63,205 nt of DNA, filler included, from a bacterium (GCA_027004335.1; 11 parts of 11 records of this genome joined end to end with filler, not necessarily neighbours in it), one strand, 5' to 3'; shown: positions 30,580-43,163, counted from the whole stretch's first letter. Notes: generated by a model from the sequence alone, not told the origin. A program made the numbers and translations.

Positions 30580-32454
30580 TTAAGCTCCAGCCTTTTCTCT
30601 GAATCTTATTTTCAAAATTAAGTATAGCAGAAGATAGAGGGGAATTTGAAGTAGATTCCATGGTGTTCCACTGTTTCTACATGAACATCCTTGGGAGGGT
30701 GGTTCATAAACTACAAGGATAAACTGCTGTTCATCATCACCACCGCAATTTTCAACTTTAACTGTGATCCTATGATTCCCTATATTGTTTTTACTGGTCT
30801 GCCATTTTATTATCCCTGTTGCAGGATCAATTGACATCCTCTTTGGTCCCTCCTCTAATTCAAAACTAAGACCATATCCACTTGCTCTCACCTGATATTT
30901 GTATAATTTCCCCGCTTCCACGCTGGTTTTTGGAATAGAGAGTATTTCTGGTGGAGAGAGTTTAAAATCAGGATCAACAATAAAATTGATCTTGGCATAA
31001 TCATCGGTAATCTTTATTATATCCACAGTAAAATTGGAAGGAGTATTATCCCACCAGTTGGAATTTGGTACTGTATTAATGCTGAAGTAATCCCCACTAT
31101 GGTAAAGATCTCCCCAGTCTGGAGTCGCACATCCCCCACCTGCCGGAGTTTGTTCCAGCTGAAAGAGGCCATCTGCCTGCACAAGCGAAAGAACATAATG
31201 CTTCTGGGAACAGTCTTCTTGGGTAGGAACACACTCCTCTGTATTATAGGGGAGACTCGTATCCAACCTATCAGGAAAAACCTCTCCCTTACTTTCATCT
31301 ACATGCCAGATATATACAGCTCCCTTCCAGTCTTTTGCAAGGTTAGAGAACATCTGATGGTCAAAGCCATAGTCTTTTCTAAAAGCTACAAGAAAATACT
31401 CTTCCCCTTTCCGGGGATTGTACCTGTAAACAACATTTGAAATTTGAATGGGATAAACGATCCTTCCGCATGTATTTATTGTAATATCAATTGGATAAGC
31501 CCATCCCAGTTCAGTTTTTGACCATGCATCAAGGGGGTAGGGGTTTGATCCAGGAGGGTTTCCTGTGTGTACTCCGTAACTCATTAAAGAATAGGGACCA
31601 TCTCCACAGGAGGAGTAATCAGTGTCATACAGATCTGGAAGATTGAGAACGTGTCCGAATTCGTGAGCAAATACCCCCATTCTTACAGGCATTGTATCAC
31701 TTTTTGAAAATAACTCAGGACCCATTACATATATGAGAGAACCTGAATAGCCCTGCCCATAAGTTATATCCACTGAATACTCGTTTCTGTGAGACCAGAT
31801 ATCAAGAGGATCACTGGAACTCTCTGCTCCTGTACCGGAATGGATTATGAATATGGATTCTGGGACACCATCATTGTTATTGTCAAACTCTGTTAATGAG
31901 AGATCTGGATTGTTTTTTAAGGCCAGATTAAGTGCATCGTTGGCAAGATCAAGGACTCCTTCAGGGTACCATGTATCGCCAATTCTTAAAAATCCATGTG
32001 CATTGTAATCGTCACACTGATCAGCGTTGCACGCGTAATACTCTCTTGTATGGGGAAGGGTGTACCAGTTTGTTACAATGGCCTCAGAGAATCCAAATCT
32101 CCCGCCAGACATTTCTAAGTAGAAGGAATTCATATCTTTAAAGGGATAGTTTTTACCTCCCATAATCATGTCGTGGAAATACTGCGGTGTTGATTCTGTT
32201 TTATTATGAGGATAATCTGAAAATTGAACTAAAATTACAAGGAGTTTCCATCTTCCCTTTACAGGGTAATTCAATGTGTTGTAGGAAAAATCAAGGGAAG
32301 AAGGAGCGAAAAAAAGTGAAGGATAGATTCTACTTCCTATCTTTAACCCTTTTCCATTTACAGGGGGGGCTCCCCAATCAGCATTTAAGGCAGAAGAAAA
32401 GAGGAGGAAAAAGAAAAATATGATCAGAGAGTTAAAAAAAATTTTTTTCTTCAT
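30580..32454 (-). CDS. Secreted M6 (immune inhibitor A-like) metalloprotease with an Ig/He_PIG domain and a MYXO-CTERM-like tail
   Basis: Signal peptide; HEFGHVLNLPDLY and YSLMSYG; GCSC + TM + basic C-terminus. Confidence 0.85.
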   Translation of the reverse strand: MKKKIFFNSLIIFFFFLLFSSALNADWGAPPVNGKGLKIGSRIYPSLFFAPSSLDFSYNTLNYPVKGRWKLLVILVQFSDYPHNKTESTPQYFHDMIMGGKNYPFKDMNSFYLEMSGGRFGFSEAIVTNWYTLPHTREYYACNADQCDDYNAHGFLRIGDTWYPEGVLDLANDALNLALKNNPDLSLTEFDNNNDGVPESIFIIHSGTGAESSSDPLDIWSHRNEYSVDITYGQGYSGSLIYVMGPELFSKSDTMPVRMGVFAHEFGHVLNLPDLYDTDYSSCGDGPYSLMSYGVHTGNPPGSNPYPLDAWSKTELGWAYPIDITINTCGRIVYPIQISNVVYRYNPRKGEEYFLVAFRKDYGFDHQMFSNLAKDWKGAVYIWHVDESKGEVFPDRLDTSLPYNTEECVPTQEDCSQKHYVLSLVQADGLFQLEQTPAGGGCATPDWGDLYHSGDYFSINTVPNSNWWDNTPSNFTVDIIKITDDYAKINFIVDPDFKLSPPEILSIPKTSVEAGKLYKYQVRASGYGLSFELEEGPKRMSIDPATGIIKWQTSKNNIGNHRITVKVENCGGDDEQQFILVVYEPPSQGCSCRNSGTPWNLLQIPLYLLLYLILKIRFREKAGA

Positions 32455-32493
32455 AACAATTTTTCTACAAAAAATGTGCCACTACTACTCTTT

Positions 32494-34092
32494 TCACTTC
32501 TTTTTCTTTTGCTTTTTTAGAGAATCTTTAAAGAGTTTGTAATTGATGCTATCTACCAGCGCATTATAACTGGCTTCAATAATATTTTCAGATACTCCAA
32601 CAGTTCCCCATGCGGTTTCTTCATCTCCCGATTCAATTAAAACTCTAACAGCTGCTGCCGTCCCTTTTTCTGCAGTTAGTACTCGCACCTTGTAATCTTT
32701 TAGCTTAACTTGTTTTAGAGATGGGTAAAAGGATATAAGAGCCTTTCTTAAAGCATTATCAAGAGCATTGACGGGGCCATTTCCCAGAGAGGCGGTATGC
32801 TCTTTTTCTCCTTCAACCTCTATCATAACTGTGGCTTCAGATATAGTTGGTTCAGATTCAGAGCGTTTCTCATCAATTACCCTGAAACCTCTTAGACGAA
32901 AAAATCTCGGAACTTCACCAAGGTATTTCCTCATAATTAGTTCAAAACTCGCTTCTGCTCCTTCAAACTGGTAACCCTGGTGCTCCATCTCCTTCAGCAT
33001 CTGAACGAGGTATCTTGTTTTTTCATCACTTTTGCTCAGATCAATACCAAATTCTTCAGCCTTGTAAAGAATATTGCTTTTCCCTGAGAGATCAGAAATA
33101 AGAACTCTCCTATGGTTACCCACTAATTCTGGATCTATATGCTCATAGGTTCTGGGGGTCTTCATAACAGCGCTTACATGGACCCCCCCTTTGTGTGCAA
33201 AAGCTGCCTGCCCAACATAAGGTTGATGCTTATCATGGGGAAGATTGGCAATTTCGTTGACAAATCTGGCAACTTCCCGCAACTTTTTAAGATTATCTCT
33301 TGGAATTGCTCCAAGTCCCATTTTAAGCATCAGCGCCGGTATGATTGAGACCAGATTTGCATTGCCGCATCTCTCACCAAAACCATTGATGGTACCCTGA
33401 ACATGACTTCCACCCTCATGAATAAGGATGAGGGAATTCGCCACGGCAGTTTCAGAATCGTTGTGCATATGGGCACCAAAAGGCGCATTTATATGTTTTT
33501 TTACTTCTCTCACTATCTTCTGAATTTCAAAGGGAAGGGTCCCTCCATTGGTATCTGCCAGGACAAGGCAATCTGTTCCTGCTTCCTCTGCAGCTTTAAG
33601 AGTCTTAAGTGCATATTCAGGGTTGTTTTTGTAGCCGTCAAAAAAATGTTCCGCATCATAGAAAACTTTATCAAAATGCTTTTTAAGATAACTGATAGAA
33701 TCGTAGATAAGGTCAAGATTCTGCTCCAGAGGGATTTTTAAAGCTTTTTGAACATGCAGGTCCCAGCTTTTACCAAAAATTGTTACTACGGGAGTTTCTG
33801 ATTGAACCAGCATTTGAATATTTTCATCTGCTTCGCAGATCTTATCTGCCTTTCTTGTGCTTCCAAATGAAGCAATTCTTGCATGGGAAAATTTCTCTTT
33901 TTTTACCTCGTTGAAAAATTCCATATCCTTGGGGTTTGATCCGGGCCACCCTCCTTCAATGTAATCAATTCCAAGTTCATCAAGCTTATGCGCTATTCTG
34001 ATTTTGTCAGAAACTGTGAAGGATATATCTTCCCCCTGAGTTCCATCTCGCAGGGTGGTATCATAAATTTCTATTCTTTTTTTCTTTTGCAT
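32494..34092 (-). CDS. cimA: Citramalate synthase
   Basis: [38 protein letters not shown] and GPVNALD motifs. Confidence 0.93.
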   Translation of the reverse strand: MQKKKRIEIYDTTLRDGTQGEDISFTVSDKIRIAHKLDELGIDYIEGGWPGSNPKDMEFFNEVKKEKFSHARIASFGSTRKADKICEADENIQMLVQSETPVVTIFGKSWDLHVQKALKIPLEQNLDLIYDSISYLKKHFDKVFYDAEHFFDGYKNNPEYALKTLKAAEEAGTDCLVLADTNGGTLPFEIQKIVREVKKHINAPFGAHMHNDSETAVANSLILIHEGGSHVQGTINGFGERCGNANLVSIIPALMLKMGLGAIPRDNLKKLREVARFVNEIANLPHDKHQPYVGQAAFAHKGGVHVSAVMKTPRTYEHIDPELVGNHRRVLISDLSGKSNILYKAEEFGIDLSKSDEKTRYLVQMLKEMEHQGYQFEGAEASFELIMRKYLGEVPRFFRLRGFRVIDEKRSESEPTISEATVMIEVEGEKEHTASLGNGPVNALDNALRKALISFYPSLKQVKLKDYKVRVLTAEKGTAAAVRVLIESGDEETAWGTVGVSENIIEASYNALVDSINYKLFKDSLKKQKKKK

Positions 34093-34815
34093 TTATTCTC
34101 CTGCTTCTGGTTCTTTGTCAAGATTAAAGGCATCATGCAGAACTCTTACGGCTAATTCTGTGTATTTTTCATCAATAACACATGAGACTTTTATCTCCGA
34201 AGTTGAGATCATCTGAATGTTGATCCCATTATCTGCAAGGGTATTAAATATGGTGGCTGCAACACCGGGATGGGATCTCATTCCTACCCCTACTATGGAA
34301 ACTTTTGCAATAGTATCATCATATTCTACCCCTTCAGCACCGATCTCGCGGGAAACTTTCTGCACAATTTCTACAGCTTTTTTCATCTCATTTCTGGCAA
34401 CAGTGAAACTGAGGTCAGTACATTCATCCTTACTTATATTCTGAATGATCATATCAACATTTATATTTGCGTCTTTGAGTGGATCAAAGATCTTCGCTGC
34501 GATTCCTGGCCTATCTGGTACTCTCCTCACAGAAATTTTTGCTTCATTTTTATTGTATGTAACTCCTGAAACAAGAACTTTTTCCATCTCTTCATCCTCC
34601 TTTGTAATAATTGTACCCGGGTTGTAATTTAAACTTGACCTTACAACCAAGGAGACATTATATTTCATTGCAAATTCCACTGATCTTATCTGAAGGACTT
34701 TTGCTCCAAGACTTGCCATCTCAAGCATCTCCTCGTAAGAGATCTTGCTGAGTTTCCTTGCTTTTTCCACTATCCTGGGGTCTGCTGTGTAAACTCCTTC
34801 AACATCTGTGTAGAT
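34093..34815 (-). CDS. lysC: Aspartokinase, C-terminal part with ACT domains
   Basis: [23 protein letters not shown] and ISTSEIKVS motifs. Confidence 0.93.
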   Translation of the reverse strand: MYTDVEGVYTADPRIVEKARKLSKISYEEMLEMASLGAKVLQIRSVEFAMKYNVSLVVRSSLNYNPGTIITKEDEEMEKVLVSGVTYNKNEAKISVRRVPDRPGIAAKIFDPLKDANINVDMIIQNISKDECTDLSFTVARNEMKKAVEIVQKVSREIGAEGVEYDDTIAKVSIVGVGMRSHPGVAATIFNTLADNGINIQMISTSEIKVSCVIDEKYTELAVRVLHDAFNLDKEPEAGE

Positions 34816-34927
34816 NNNNNNNNNNNNNNNNNNNNNNNNNNNNNNNNNNNNNNNNNNNNTTAATTAATTAANNNNNNNNNNNNNNNNNNNNNNNNNNNNN
34901 NNNNNNNNNNNNNNNATCTCCATCTAA

Positions 34928-36190
34928 TTGGGTAAAATGGTGAGAATAAGATACAGGGGGCCTGTCCCCCTTTTTGTTTTACTTCTGATTCTTTTAGCGG
35001 GGTGTCAGGGGAAAAGTACAACCACAGAGAACATAGAAAAAAGCATCTATAAAGTTGTTCCAGAGAGGATATTATTCCCTGAAAAAGGCCTATCAGTTGA
35101 GATCAAATTTTATAAAATGAGAAATGGCTATTCTGAAGAGATCACCAATTTTTCCCTGAGATCGGAAGATCCTGAAATAGCTTCTGTAAAAGGTCATAAA
35201 GTTTTTTCAAGGGGATCTGGAGAAACATTTTTAGATTTAACCTGGAAGAATTACTCAAGGAAGATCCCCGTGGAGGTGAAGGAGGGACTTCTTCTAAAAA
35301 AGGTATTTATTAAACCGAAAAAATTAGTTATAAGGGATTGGGAAACATACTCCTTTGAGGCTACAGGTATTGATGATGATGGTACAATATTTTATGGTCT
35401 TGTTGGCACCTTCTCGGTGGAAGATCCCCTAATAGCTGATATTTACTCCTCCGGTGCAATAAAAATTGGTGTTGAAAATGGCGTAGAAAAAGTTCTTTTT
35501 TATTGCTGTGGAGCAAAAGCGGATGCTGAAATTTCTGTGGAGTTGCCATATAAACCTCCCTATGGGGGGAAAGTAATCTTCTACAGTATCGGTATTTCAG
35601 GAGGATATGGAGAAAAATATCTTCCAGGAAATGTTCTTGGTCCTCCCAGAGGTGGTTCCACTCCCCAATCATCACCTGAACAACTGCTCTCACTGGGCAA
35701 TGGTGGGAGCATAACCCTTGAGTTCGCAGATTATGTGACTGATGGCCCAGGAGTTGACTTCATAGTATTTGAGAATCCTGTGAAAAGTGATAGTTCTGTA
35801 TTTACAGAAGCAGCTTTCGTGGAGGTAAGTCAGGATGGGAAGAATTTCGTGAGATTCCCATCCATTTTCAATGCAGATGGAGAGGGAGGAACAGGAAATC
35901 CTGCAAACTACATCAATCTGGCAGGAGTACACCCTGTATATGCAAATCCTCCCACAATCTCAGCCACCAACCCGGCAGTGGCTGGGGGGGATCAGTTTGA
36001 TTTAAAAGATGTAGGACTGAAATGGATAAGATATGTTAGAATTATTGACACAGGATACAACTCCGTTGATAGCAGGGGGAATTTAATTGATGATGCTGGA
36101 AACCATTTTGCATGCGCACCGGACAAGTGTGGTTTTGATCTTGATGCTATCTCCATTGTTCACAGGGGTCATATGGTCCCACCAGAGTGA
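34928..36190 (+). CDS. Surface lipoprotein: Ig-like domains plus a C-terminal 'cell surface protein' domain
   Basis: Lipobox LAGC; SLGNGG, DGPGVDFIVFEN, EVSQDG, GGDQFDL and GFDLDA motifs. Confidence 0.7.
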   Translation: MGKMVRIRYRGPVPLFVLLLILLAGCQGKSTTTENIEKSIYKVVPERILFPEKGLSVEIKFYKMRNGYSEEITNFSLRSEDPEIASVKGHKVFSRGSGETFLDLTWKNYSRKIPVEVKEGLLLKKVFIKPKKLVIRDWETYSFEATGIDDDGTIFYGLVGTFSVEDPLIADIYSSGAIKIGVENGVEKVLFYCCGAKADAEISVELPYKPPYGGKVIFYSIGISGGYGEKYLPGNVLGPPRGGSTPQSSPEQLLSLGNGGSITLEFADYVTDGPGVDFIVFENPVKSDSSVFTEAAFVEVSQDGKNFVRFPSIFNADGEGGTGNPANYINLAGVHPVYANPPTISATNPAVAGGDQFDLKDVGLKWIRYVRIIDTGYNSVDSRGNLIDDAGNHFACAPDKCGFDLDAISIVHRGHMVPPE

Positions 36191-37064
36191 GGAAATTCCA
36201 GTTTTATCTCTGGAGGTAACAGCACCGGCACCATCCCGTTTCCCTACAAATTTTACCATCAAAAAGAAAATCAAAAACAGATCAAACCTTAACCAGATCC
36301 TTGAAACATCTCCTTCACTGGTGGTAAAGAGGACAGGGGGGAGAACTGACCAGAGTGAAATCTCCATTCAGGGAGCAAAATCAAGAGATACAGAAGTTGA
36401 GATAAATGGTATCTTCTGGGAGACCCCTGATGGTTCCCTTGACCTCTACTCCATACCCGGTGACATCTCATCAATTACCATTGTACCCGACACAGCCATA
36501 TCATCCGGGGAGAACCTTATGGCAATTGAAACAAAACCAACGAAGAAAAGACGATTTTCCTTAGCTACAGGAAGTGAAGATTTTCTCAGCACAGGGTTTA
36601 ATGGTAGTTTTGGAGATAGATTCAGAATCTTTCTCTCTGCTTCCCTTACCAGAAGTAAGGGAAATTACAAATACTATGACACCCGTGGAACCTTCCTCTA
36701 CAGAGGTGATGACACAATTTCTGTAAGAAGAAACAATATTTTCAACAGAAAAAGCTTCTCAATCTGGCTCATAAGGTCTCCTTTAACAGTAACTTTTTCA
36801 CAAACAGATCTCCTCCGTGGGGAGCCTGGACTGATAACTTTCCCCGGGTTTTACACCCACAGCTACACTACCGGTTACCTTACCACCATGAATTATCATG
36901 ATGATGGACTTGAACTGTGGGGGGGATATGGTAGAAGCAGGGAGAATTTTTTTGATCTTAAGGGGGAATTTACAGGATTTGAAGAAATCACAGATACTCA
37001 TTTCTCCCAGTGGGAGGCAGGAGTTAGAAAAAGCCTCAGATTTACAAAATCTTTCTACAGTAGA
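36087..37064 (+). CDS. TonB-dependent receptor, N-terminal part (start uncertain)
   Basis: Plug-like LNQILETSPSLVVKRTGG...ISIQG...VEING followed by beta-strands. Confidence 0.65.
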
Positions 37065-37164
37065 NNNNNNNNNNNNNNNNNNNNNNNNNNNNNNNNNNNN
37101 NNNNNNNNTTAATTAATTAANNNNNNNNNNNNNNNNNNNNNNNNNNNNNNNNNNNNNNNNNNNN

Positions 37165-38633
37165 AATTCTATGTGGAAAGGGGTGGGGTGGAAATTGAAG
37201 AATTTGTACTCAGAAGGAAAAATTTTATCCTGAAGGGCCCGGCATCTATAAAAATATTGAATAACAGATTTGAATTTTCTTCTGAAATGAAGGGAAGGAG
37301 CGGTGAAATTTATGCTGAGGCCTCTGGAGAGCTTTTTGGTAAAGTTGAAATAAATGTTTCGGGGTATCTTGATCTTTTCTATCTAACTGATATATCTCCA
37401 CAGTTCATTGATTCCGGAGGGTATCTACTTGTTAATTTGACTGCCACCAATAAAAATGGTAAGTTCAGTCCCGTTGGAGAGGTGAAGTTTGTTAATTCAT
37501 ATTTCCTGCTTGATGCTTTTCCTCAGAAGATCAAAGTAAATGGAGTGGCGCAATTAACTGGAGACAGGGTTGTCTTTAACACTTTTAACATGGAAACAGG
37601 TAATGGCGATATTTCGGTTAGAGGAGAGATCCCTTTTAACAATTTTAAAATTGAAGGTTATAATCTTTTTGCGAATATTCAGTCGGTGGAGATCAATGCA
37701 TTTGAAGGTGTTGATTTAATGGTAAATGGCGATCTGAGATTGACCGGGGTTTCAGTATCTCCTACATTTTCAGGTACTCTTGAAGTCTTAAGAGGTTCCT
37801 TTACGAGAAAAATAGACTGGCAAAAAGAGTTAATCAAAAGGAGGGTAGAGTTACTTCAAAAAAAATATTTCCCGCTTAACCTCAATGTACGAGTCTTTTC
37901 AAGAGGGGGATTTTTTGTAAATAATAACCTTGCAAATATGGAGATGAAGTTTGATCTCCTTGGAAAAGGTACACTTACAAAGCCCATATTTGTTGGAACC
38001 ATGGAAATGATCAAGGGTTATGCTCTTTTCAGGGAGAAGAAATTTTATCTTGAGAGAGGAATTATTAATTTTAATGGATCCTCACCTGTTAATCCATATA
38101 TTGATGTTTCTTTGAAAACAGAGATAAGAGATATTCAGGATAACTATATGTACAAAATCTCTTTACTTGTTGAAGGGAAGATGAGAGACCTCAAAATAAT
38201 GTTACATTCTGAACCTCCTTTACCTGAGGCAGATATACTCTCTTTAGTTATTTTTGGAATGAAAACAGGAGCTATTATGTCTCATAATGTGGGGGGTAGT
38301 TCAACTGGAGTGGTGGAAACAGGAAACCTCATTTTCAGACATCAGCTTGGAGCAATAGAAAATAAGATAGAAGAAATAATGGGATTTGACATGATCTCAA
38401 TAACAACTTCCTTTTCTGATGTTTCCAGACATTCCGTCTTTAAAATAAAACTAACCAAGAGATTATCTCAAAAGTTAGATGTTTCATTCAGCACCTCTGA
38501 TTATCAACAGCTGGATATTACTTATTTATTAGAGAAAAATGTAAAATTAAGTGTTGGATGGGATAATAAACTTTCCTATTTCCCCGGTAATTTTTCACTA
38601 GCGCCACATTTTTATTATGAATTTGATTGGTAA
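37165..38633 (+). CDS. tamB: TamB/DUF490 family protein, C-terminal part
   Basis: GDLRLTG, FYLERGIINF, NPYIDV and LHSEPPLPEADILSL motifs; followed by a POTRA protein. Confidence 0.75.
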
Positions 38634-39310
38634 CTTGCTTTTATTTCTAGTGGGATACGCTTTTCATGTAACATCAGTACAGGTGATATGTGCCCCTCAG
38701 GGGATACCTCCGGAATTGGAAGCTAACCTGGAAAAGTTGACTGGTCATGATCTTACCCCAAAAGAGTTAGATAGAGAGATGAAACTTTCTATACTCAGAT
38801 TTGATCTCGAAAATATATCATTTTATATAAAAGATGGTATTCTTGAGATTTGTCCCTTAGTAAAAAAGTATATTAAAAAAATTATCGTTACAGGTAATTA
38901 TAGATTGGAAGAGAATGAGATACTCTCTGTTTTACCAACTGAAAAAGGGGGTGTATGGCGAAATAGCTATCTATATTTAATAAAAGATAGGATTCTCTCT
39001 CTGGCAAGGGAGAAGGGATTGTTAGATGCAGATGTAAAAATTTTTTTTGATTCAGAGGGAAGACTTTTTATAAAGATCTTTGAAGGTCCCCCCTACTGGA
39101 TATTCAAAATTCACCTTGATAGTGGTAAAAGATACGCAAATCTTCTTTACCCGCTTATTGGGAAAGAGAGTACAATTTCACTATTGAAGAAAACGGAGAA
39201 CGATTTAACAGAGGAGTTTTTTAAAAAGGGGTTCCTTAATCCTCGAGTTGAATTAAGAGTCTGTAATATTGATAAGAAAATAAAATCTGTTACTCTCTGT
39301 GGGGTTATAG
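38617..39310 (+). CDS. POTRA-domain Omp85 (BamA/TamA-like) protein, N-terminal part
   Basis: IKKIIVTGN...EILSVL, EKGLLDA and IFEGP POTRA patterns; adjacent to tamB. Confidence 0.65.
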
Positions 39311-39448
39311 NNNNNNNNNNNNNNNNNNNNNNNNNNNNNNNNNNNNNNNNNNNNTTAATTAATTAANNNNNNNNNNNNNNNNNNNNNNNNNNNNNNNNNN
39401 NNNNNNNNNNGGTCCTTGAGGATATAGCGTCAAAATTTACTATAAAAA

Positions 39449-40687
39449 ATGGAGGCTAAAATGTTTGAATTTGAATTAAGTGAAGGGATGAAAAATATAA
39501 AAAATATGGTCCACTGGTTTGCAAAAACTGAAATAAGATCACTTTCTATTGAGGCAGACAGAAAGCATGGTGTTCCTGAGGAATTTTTGATGAAGATAGT
39601 AAAAATGGGAATCACCGGCGGAGAACTTTTAGGCGGCGGGGGTGGAGGAGATAAACCAGTTGGTAAACCAGAAGGAAAGAAGAAAGAAAGTGAGATGAAT
39701 AGAATTGCTGTAATAGCGATGGAAGAGCTTGCATGGGGAGACCCTGCGGTACTTTTAAATATTCCCGGTCCTGGACTTGGTGGGCCTCCCGTTATGATAA
39801 TGGGAACCCCTGAACAGAAAAAAATTGCTTTTGATGTTTTTAAAGACACAGAAAAACCACACTGGGGTGCATATGCTCTCACTGAGCCGGGTTTTGGATC
39901 AGATGTGGCTGCCCTTACCACTACAGCGGTGAAAGATGGTGATTATTATATAATAAATGGGACCAAAATTTTTATAACCAACGGTGCGAGGGCAGATTGG
40001 AATGTTGTATTTGCTACCGTGGATAAATCTCTCGGCAGAGCGGGACATAGAGCTTTTCTCGTCTTTAAAGGTACCCCGGGTTTCAAGGTAGGTAAGATAG
40101 AAGATAAAATGGGCTTAAGGGCTGCTGAGACGGCCGAGCTTATATTTGAAGATTGCAGGGTTCATAAAGATTTCCTCCTTGGCGGGGAAGAATATTACGA
40201 GAGAAAGGTAAAGGGTGGTGGTTTTAAAGGAGCGATGAAGACCTTTGATCAGACAAGACCTCTTGTAGCTGCTATGGCTGTTGGAATAGCGAGAGCAGCA
40301 TATGAAAGGCTTGCAGAATGGGTTAGTGAAAATTATATGATTGACAGACCCATCCCAAGATACCAGAGGATAAAGGAGTTACTTGTAGATATGGATAGAA
40401 GAATAAGAACAGCGAGATTCCTCGTATGGCATGCCGCATGGCAGGGAGATGTGGGTAAGGCGAATACAAAACATGCGTCCATGAGTAAGGCCTTTGCTGC
40501 AAATGTTGCACAGTATGTGACTTCTATGGCTCTGGATATAATGGGAAGAGATGGTCTGGAGAGGGATAATCTTATAGAAAAACTTTATAGGGATCAAAAA
40601 GTCTTTGATATTTTTGAGGGTACAGGTGAAGTTCAGAGAATAGTAGTTTATAGGAGGTTATTTAAAAAGCTGTACCACTATGCGTAA
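39449..40687 (+). CDS. Acyl-CoA dehydrogenase (start probably 39461)
   Basis: ALTEPGFGSD, INGTKIFITNG, KMGLRA and IFEGTGEVQR motifs. Confidence 0.93.
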   Translation: MEAKMFEFELSEGMKNIKNMVHWFAKTEIRSLSIEADRKHGVPEEFLMKIVKMGITGGELLGGGGGGDKPVGKPEGKKKESEMNRIAVIAMEELAWGDPAVLLNIPGPGLGGPPVMIMGTPEQKKIAFDVFKDTEKPHWGAYALTEPGFGSDVAALTTTAVKDGDYYIINGTKIFITNGARADWNVVFATVDKSLGRAGHRAFLVFKGTPGFKVGKIEDKMGLRAAETAELIFEDCRVHKDFLLGGEEYYERKVKGGGFKGAMKTFDQTRPLVAAMAVGIARAAYERLAEWVSENYMIDRPIPRYQRIKELLVDMDRRIRTARFLVWHAAWQGDVGKANTKHASMSKAFAANVAQYVTSMALDIMGRDGLERDNLIEKLYRDQKVFDIFEGTGEVQRIVVYRRLFKKLYHYA

Positions 40688-41549
40688 TTATAACTTGTAG
40701 ATCTTGGATGAAGAAATACCCTTTGTTGCGTTGCGAGTATCTACCACTAATTTAGCTTTTTCTACGATTTCTCTGTAATTATAAGTGGAATGGTTTGTGA
40801 CGATTACAACAATATCATAATCTTCTATATATTCAAGGGGCAGTGATTGCATTTTTAATCCTGCTTCATCTATCTCTGGGATAAAGGGATCGTTATAATA
40901 GACCTTACCCTTCATCTCCTTGAGAAGAGAGATAACATCAAGGGCGGGGGATTCCCTTATATCTGAAACATCCGGCTTATATGCAACTCCTAAGATAAGA
41001 ATCTTTGAACCATTAATAGGTTTTTTGTGATCATTCAGAGCCTTTGAAATTTTTTTTACCACATAAAGGGGCATTTTTGTATTTATCTCATCTGCTATCT
41101 GAATAAATCTCGCATTGTAGTTATAGGATTTAAGTTTCCAGCTGAGGTAGTGTGGGTCAATGGGAATGCAGTGTCCACCCAATCCAGGACCAGGGTAGAA
41201 AGGCATGAATCCAAAAGGCTTGGTGGAAGCGGCTTCAATAACCTCCCATACATCTATTCCTAATTTTTCACAGATCATTGCAGTTTCGTTGGCAAGGCCA
41301 ATATTTATGGCTCTGAAGGTATTCTCAAGTATTTTCGTCATCTCAGCAACTTTTGGAGAAGATACTGGTACTATTTTTTCAATTACCTGGAGGTAAAAGG
41401 AAGATGCAATTTCAAGGCAATCAGGAGTTAATCCCCCCACAATTTTTGGTGTGTTTTTAGTTGAGTATTTTTTATTTCCTGGATCAACCCTTTCTGGTGA
41501 AAAAGCAAGAAAAAAGTCTTTTCCTGCCTTCAGCCCTGTTTTTTCCAGC
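40688..41549 (-). CDS. UDP-N-acetylhexosamine 6-dehydrogenase (WbpA/WecC family), C-terminal part
   Basis: FSPERVDPG, KILENTFR, GPGLGGHCIPIDP and RESPA motifs. Confidence 0.9.
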
Positions 41550-41649
41550 NNNNNNNNNNNNNNNNNNNNNNNNNNNNNNNNNNNNNNNNNNNNTTAATTA
41601 ATTAANNNNNNNNNNNNNNNNNNNNNNNNNNNNNNNNNNNNNNNNNNNN

Positions 41650-41782
41650 TCATCTCACAATCTGATACATATCTCGGGGCTATTTTAATTCTGTAATACT
41701 TATTAGGGGAACTTAAAACCTCTTCCCTTTTCTTCTCCTCCATAATTCTGTTTATCAAAACTCCACCATGCGGTTCATTCAC
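41650..41782 (-). CDS. sat: Sulfate adenylyltransferase, N-terminal fragment
   Basis: MNEPHGGVLINR...DCEM; immediately downstream of cysC. Confidence 0.8.
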
Positions 41783-41783
41783 T

Positions 41784-42389
41784 TTAAGCCTCCTTTATAT
41801 AACCTTTTTCAACAAGATGCCCTATTATTTTATCCACACTTTCTTCAATACTCAACTTATCGGTTTCTATGACAAGCTCTGGATTTTCAGGTTCTTCATA
41901 AGGATCATCTATACCGGTAAAATGCTTTATCTCTCCCGCCCTTGCTTTTTTATAAAGACCTTTGGGATCCCTTTCCTCACACACCTCAAGAGGAGCTTTG
42001 ACAAAAATTTCTATGAACTCTCCCTCTTCTAATAAGCTCCTTGCAAAATTTCTATCCTTTCTGTATGGTGAAATAAAAGCAGTTATCGCAACAAGTCCCG
42101 CATCTACAAAGAGTTTCACCACCTCACTGATCCTTCTTATATTTTCCTCCCTATCCTCTGCTGTAAATCCAAGATCCTTATTAAGACCCTTCCTTACATT
42201 ATCACCATCAAGAAGATAGGTATGAACCCTGTACTTTTTATTCAAAGTGTACTCCACCTCATTGGCAAGGGTGGATTTACCACTCCCTGAAAGCCCTGTA
42301 AACCAGAGAGCAAAAGGTTCATGTCCCTTTATTGCACTTCTGTCAGCTTTTGTCAGCTTATGTTTGTGCTCATAGATATGCTCTGTCAC
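41784..42389 (-). CDS. cysC: Adenylyl-sulfate kinase
   Basis: [26 protein letters not shown] and FTGIDDPYE motifs. Confidence 0.95.
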   Translation of the reverse strand: MTEHIYEHKHKLTKADRSAIKGHEPFALWFTGLSGSGKSTLANEVEYTLNKKYRVHTYLLDGDNVRKGLNKDLGFTAEDREENIRRISEVVKLFVDAGLVAITAFISPYRKDRNFARSLLEEGEFIEIFVKAPLEVCEERDPKGLYKKARAGEIKHFTGIDDPYEEPENPELVIETDKLSIEESVDKIIGHLVEKGYIKEA

Positions 42390-43111
42390 CGCAAAAACCT
42401 CCTTTTTACATAACCTACAATTTTATCCGTTGCCTCGCCTATATTCATTTTTCTCACATCTACCATAATTTCAGGATCAACAGGTTCTTCATAAGGGTCA
42501 GAAATTCCAGTGAAGTTTTTTATCTCTCCTCTCCTTGCCCTCTCATAAAGTCCCTCTCTGTCTCTTTTCTCACATGTTTCCACATCACATTTAAGATAAA
42601 CCTCAACAAAATTTTTACAGAGACCTCTGGCAAAACTCCTCATTTCTTCATATGGAGAGACAAAACTTGCGACAACACATATTCCATTCCTCTCAAGGAT
42701 ACTGGCGAGATGTGCTACTCTTTCATTATGAACAATCCTATCCTCCTGTGAAAAGCCCGTCTTAGGAAAGAGTTTTCTTATATCTCTTCCATCAAGTCTT
42801 TCAACTCTGAACCCCACTTTCTTTAATCTCTCAGCCACCTCATCACCAATGGTGGTCTTACCTGAGAGGGGAAGACCCGTTATCCATATTACAAAAGGCT
42901 CAATTTCCTCTTTCCCGAACCTGATCTTATTCCACACCCTTTCATGGATAAAATACACAATTATCTTGGCAATAAACTCAAAACCTCCGGCGATAGAGGC
43001 AAGCTTTAAATTGTGAAAAACCAGGTAAACAATGAGTATGGTAGTTAATGTTGCAAGGATTCTCCAGGAAAAAGCTTTTACAAGGGAGCGCTTTTTTGTT
43101 TCAACAATCAT
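42386..43111 (-). CDS. cysC: DUF2061 membrane domain fused to a second adenylyl-sulfate kinase
   Basis: [14 protein letters not shown]...YFIHERVW (DUF2061), then [12 protein letters not shown]...FTGISDPYE. Confidence 0.85.
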   Translation of the reverse strand: MIVETKKRSLVKAFSWRILATLTTILIVYLVFHNLKLASIAGGFEFIAKIIVYFIHERVWNKIRFGKEEIEPFVIWITGLPLSGKTTIGDEVAERLKKVGFRVERLDGRDIRKLFPKTGFSQEDRIVHNERVAHLASILERNGICVVASFVSPYEEMRSFARGLCKNFVEVYLKCDVETCEKRDREGLYERARRGEIKNFTGISDPYEEPVDPEIMVDVRKMNIGEATDKIVGYVKRRFLR

Positions 43112-43163
43112 TGATAAATTCTCTCAAAAAAGCATAATTAAACATAAACAAAGAGTTATTATA

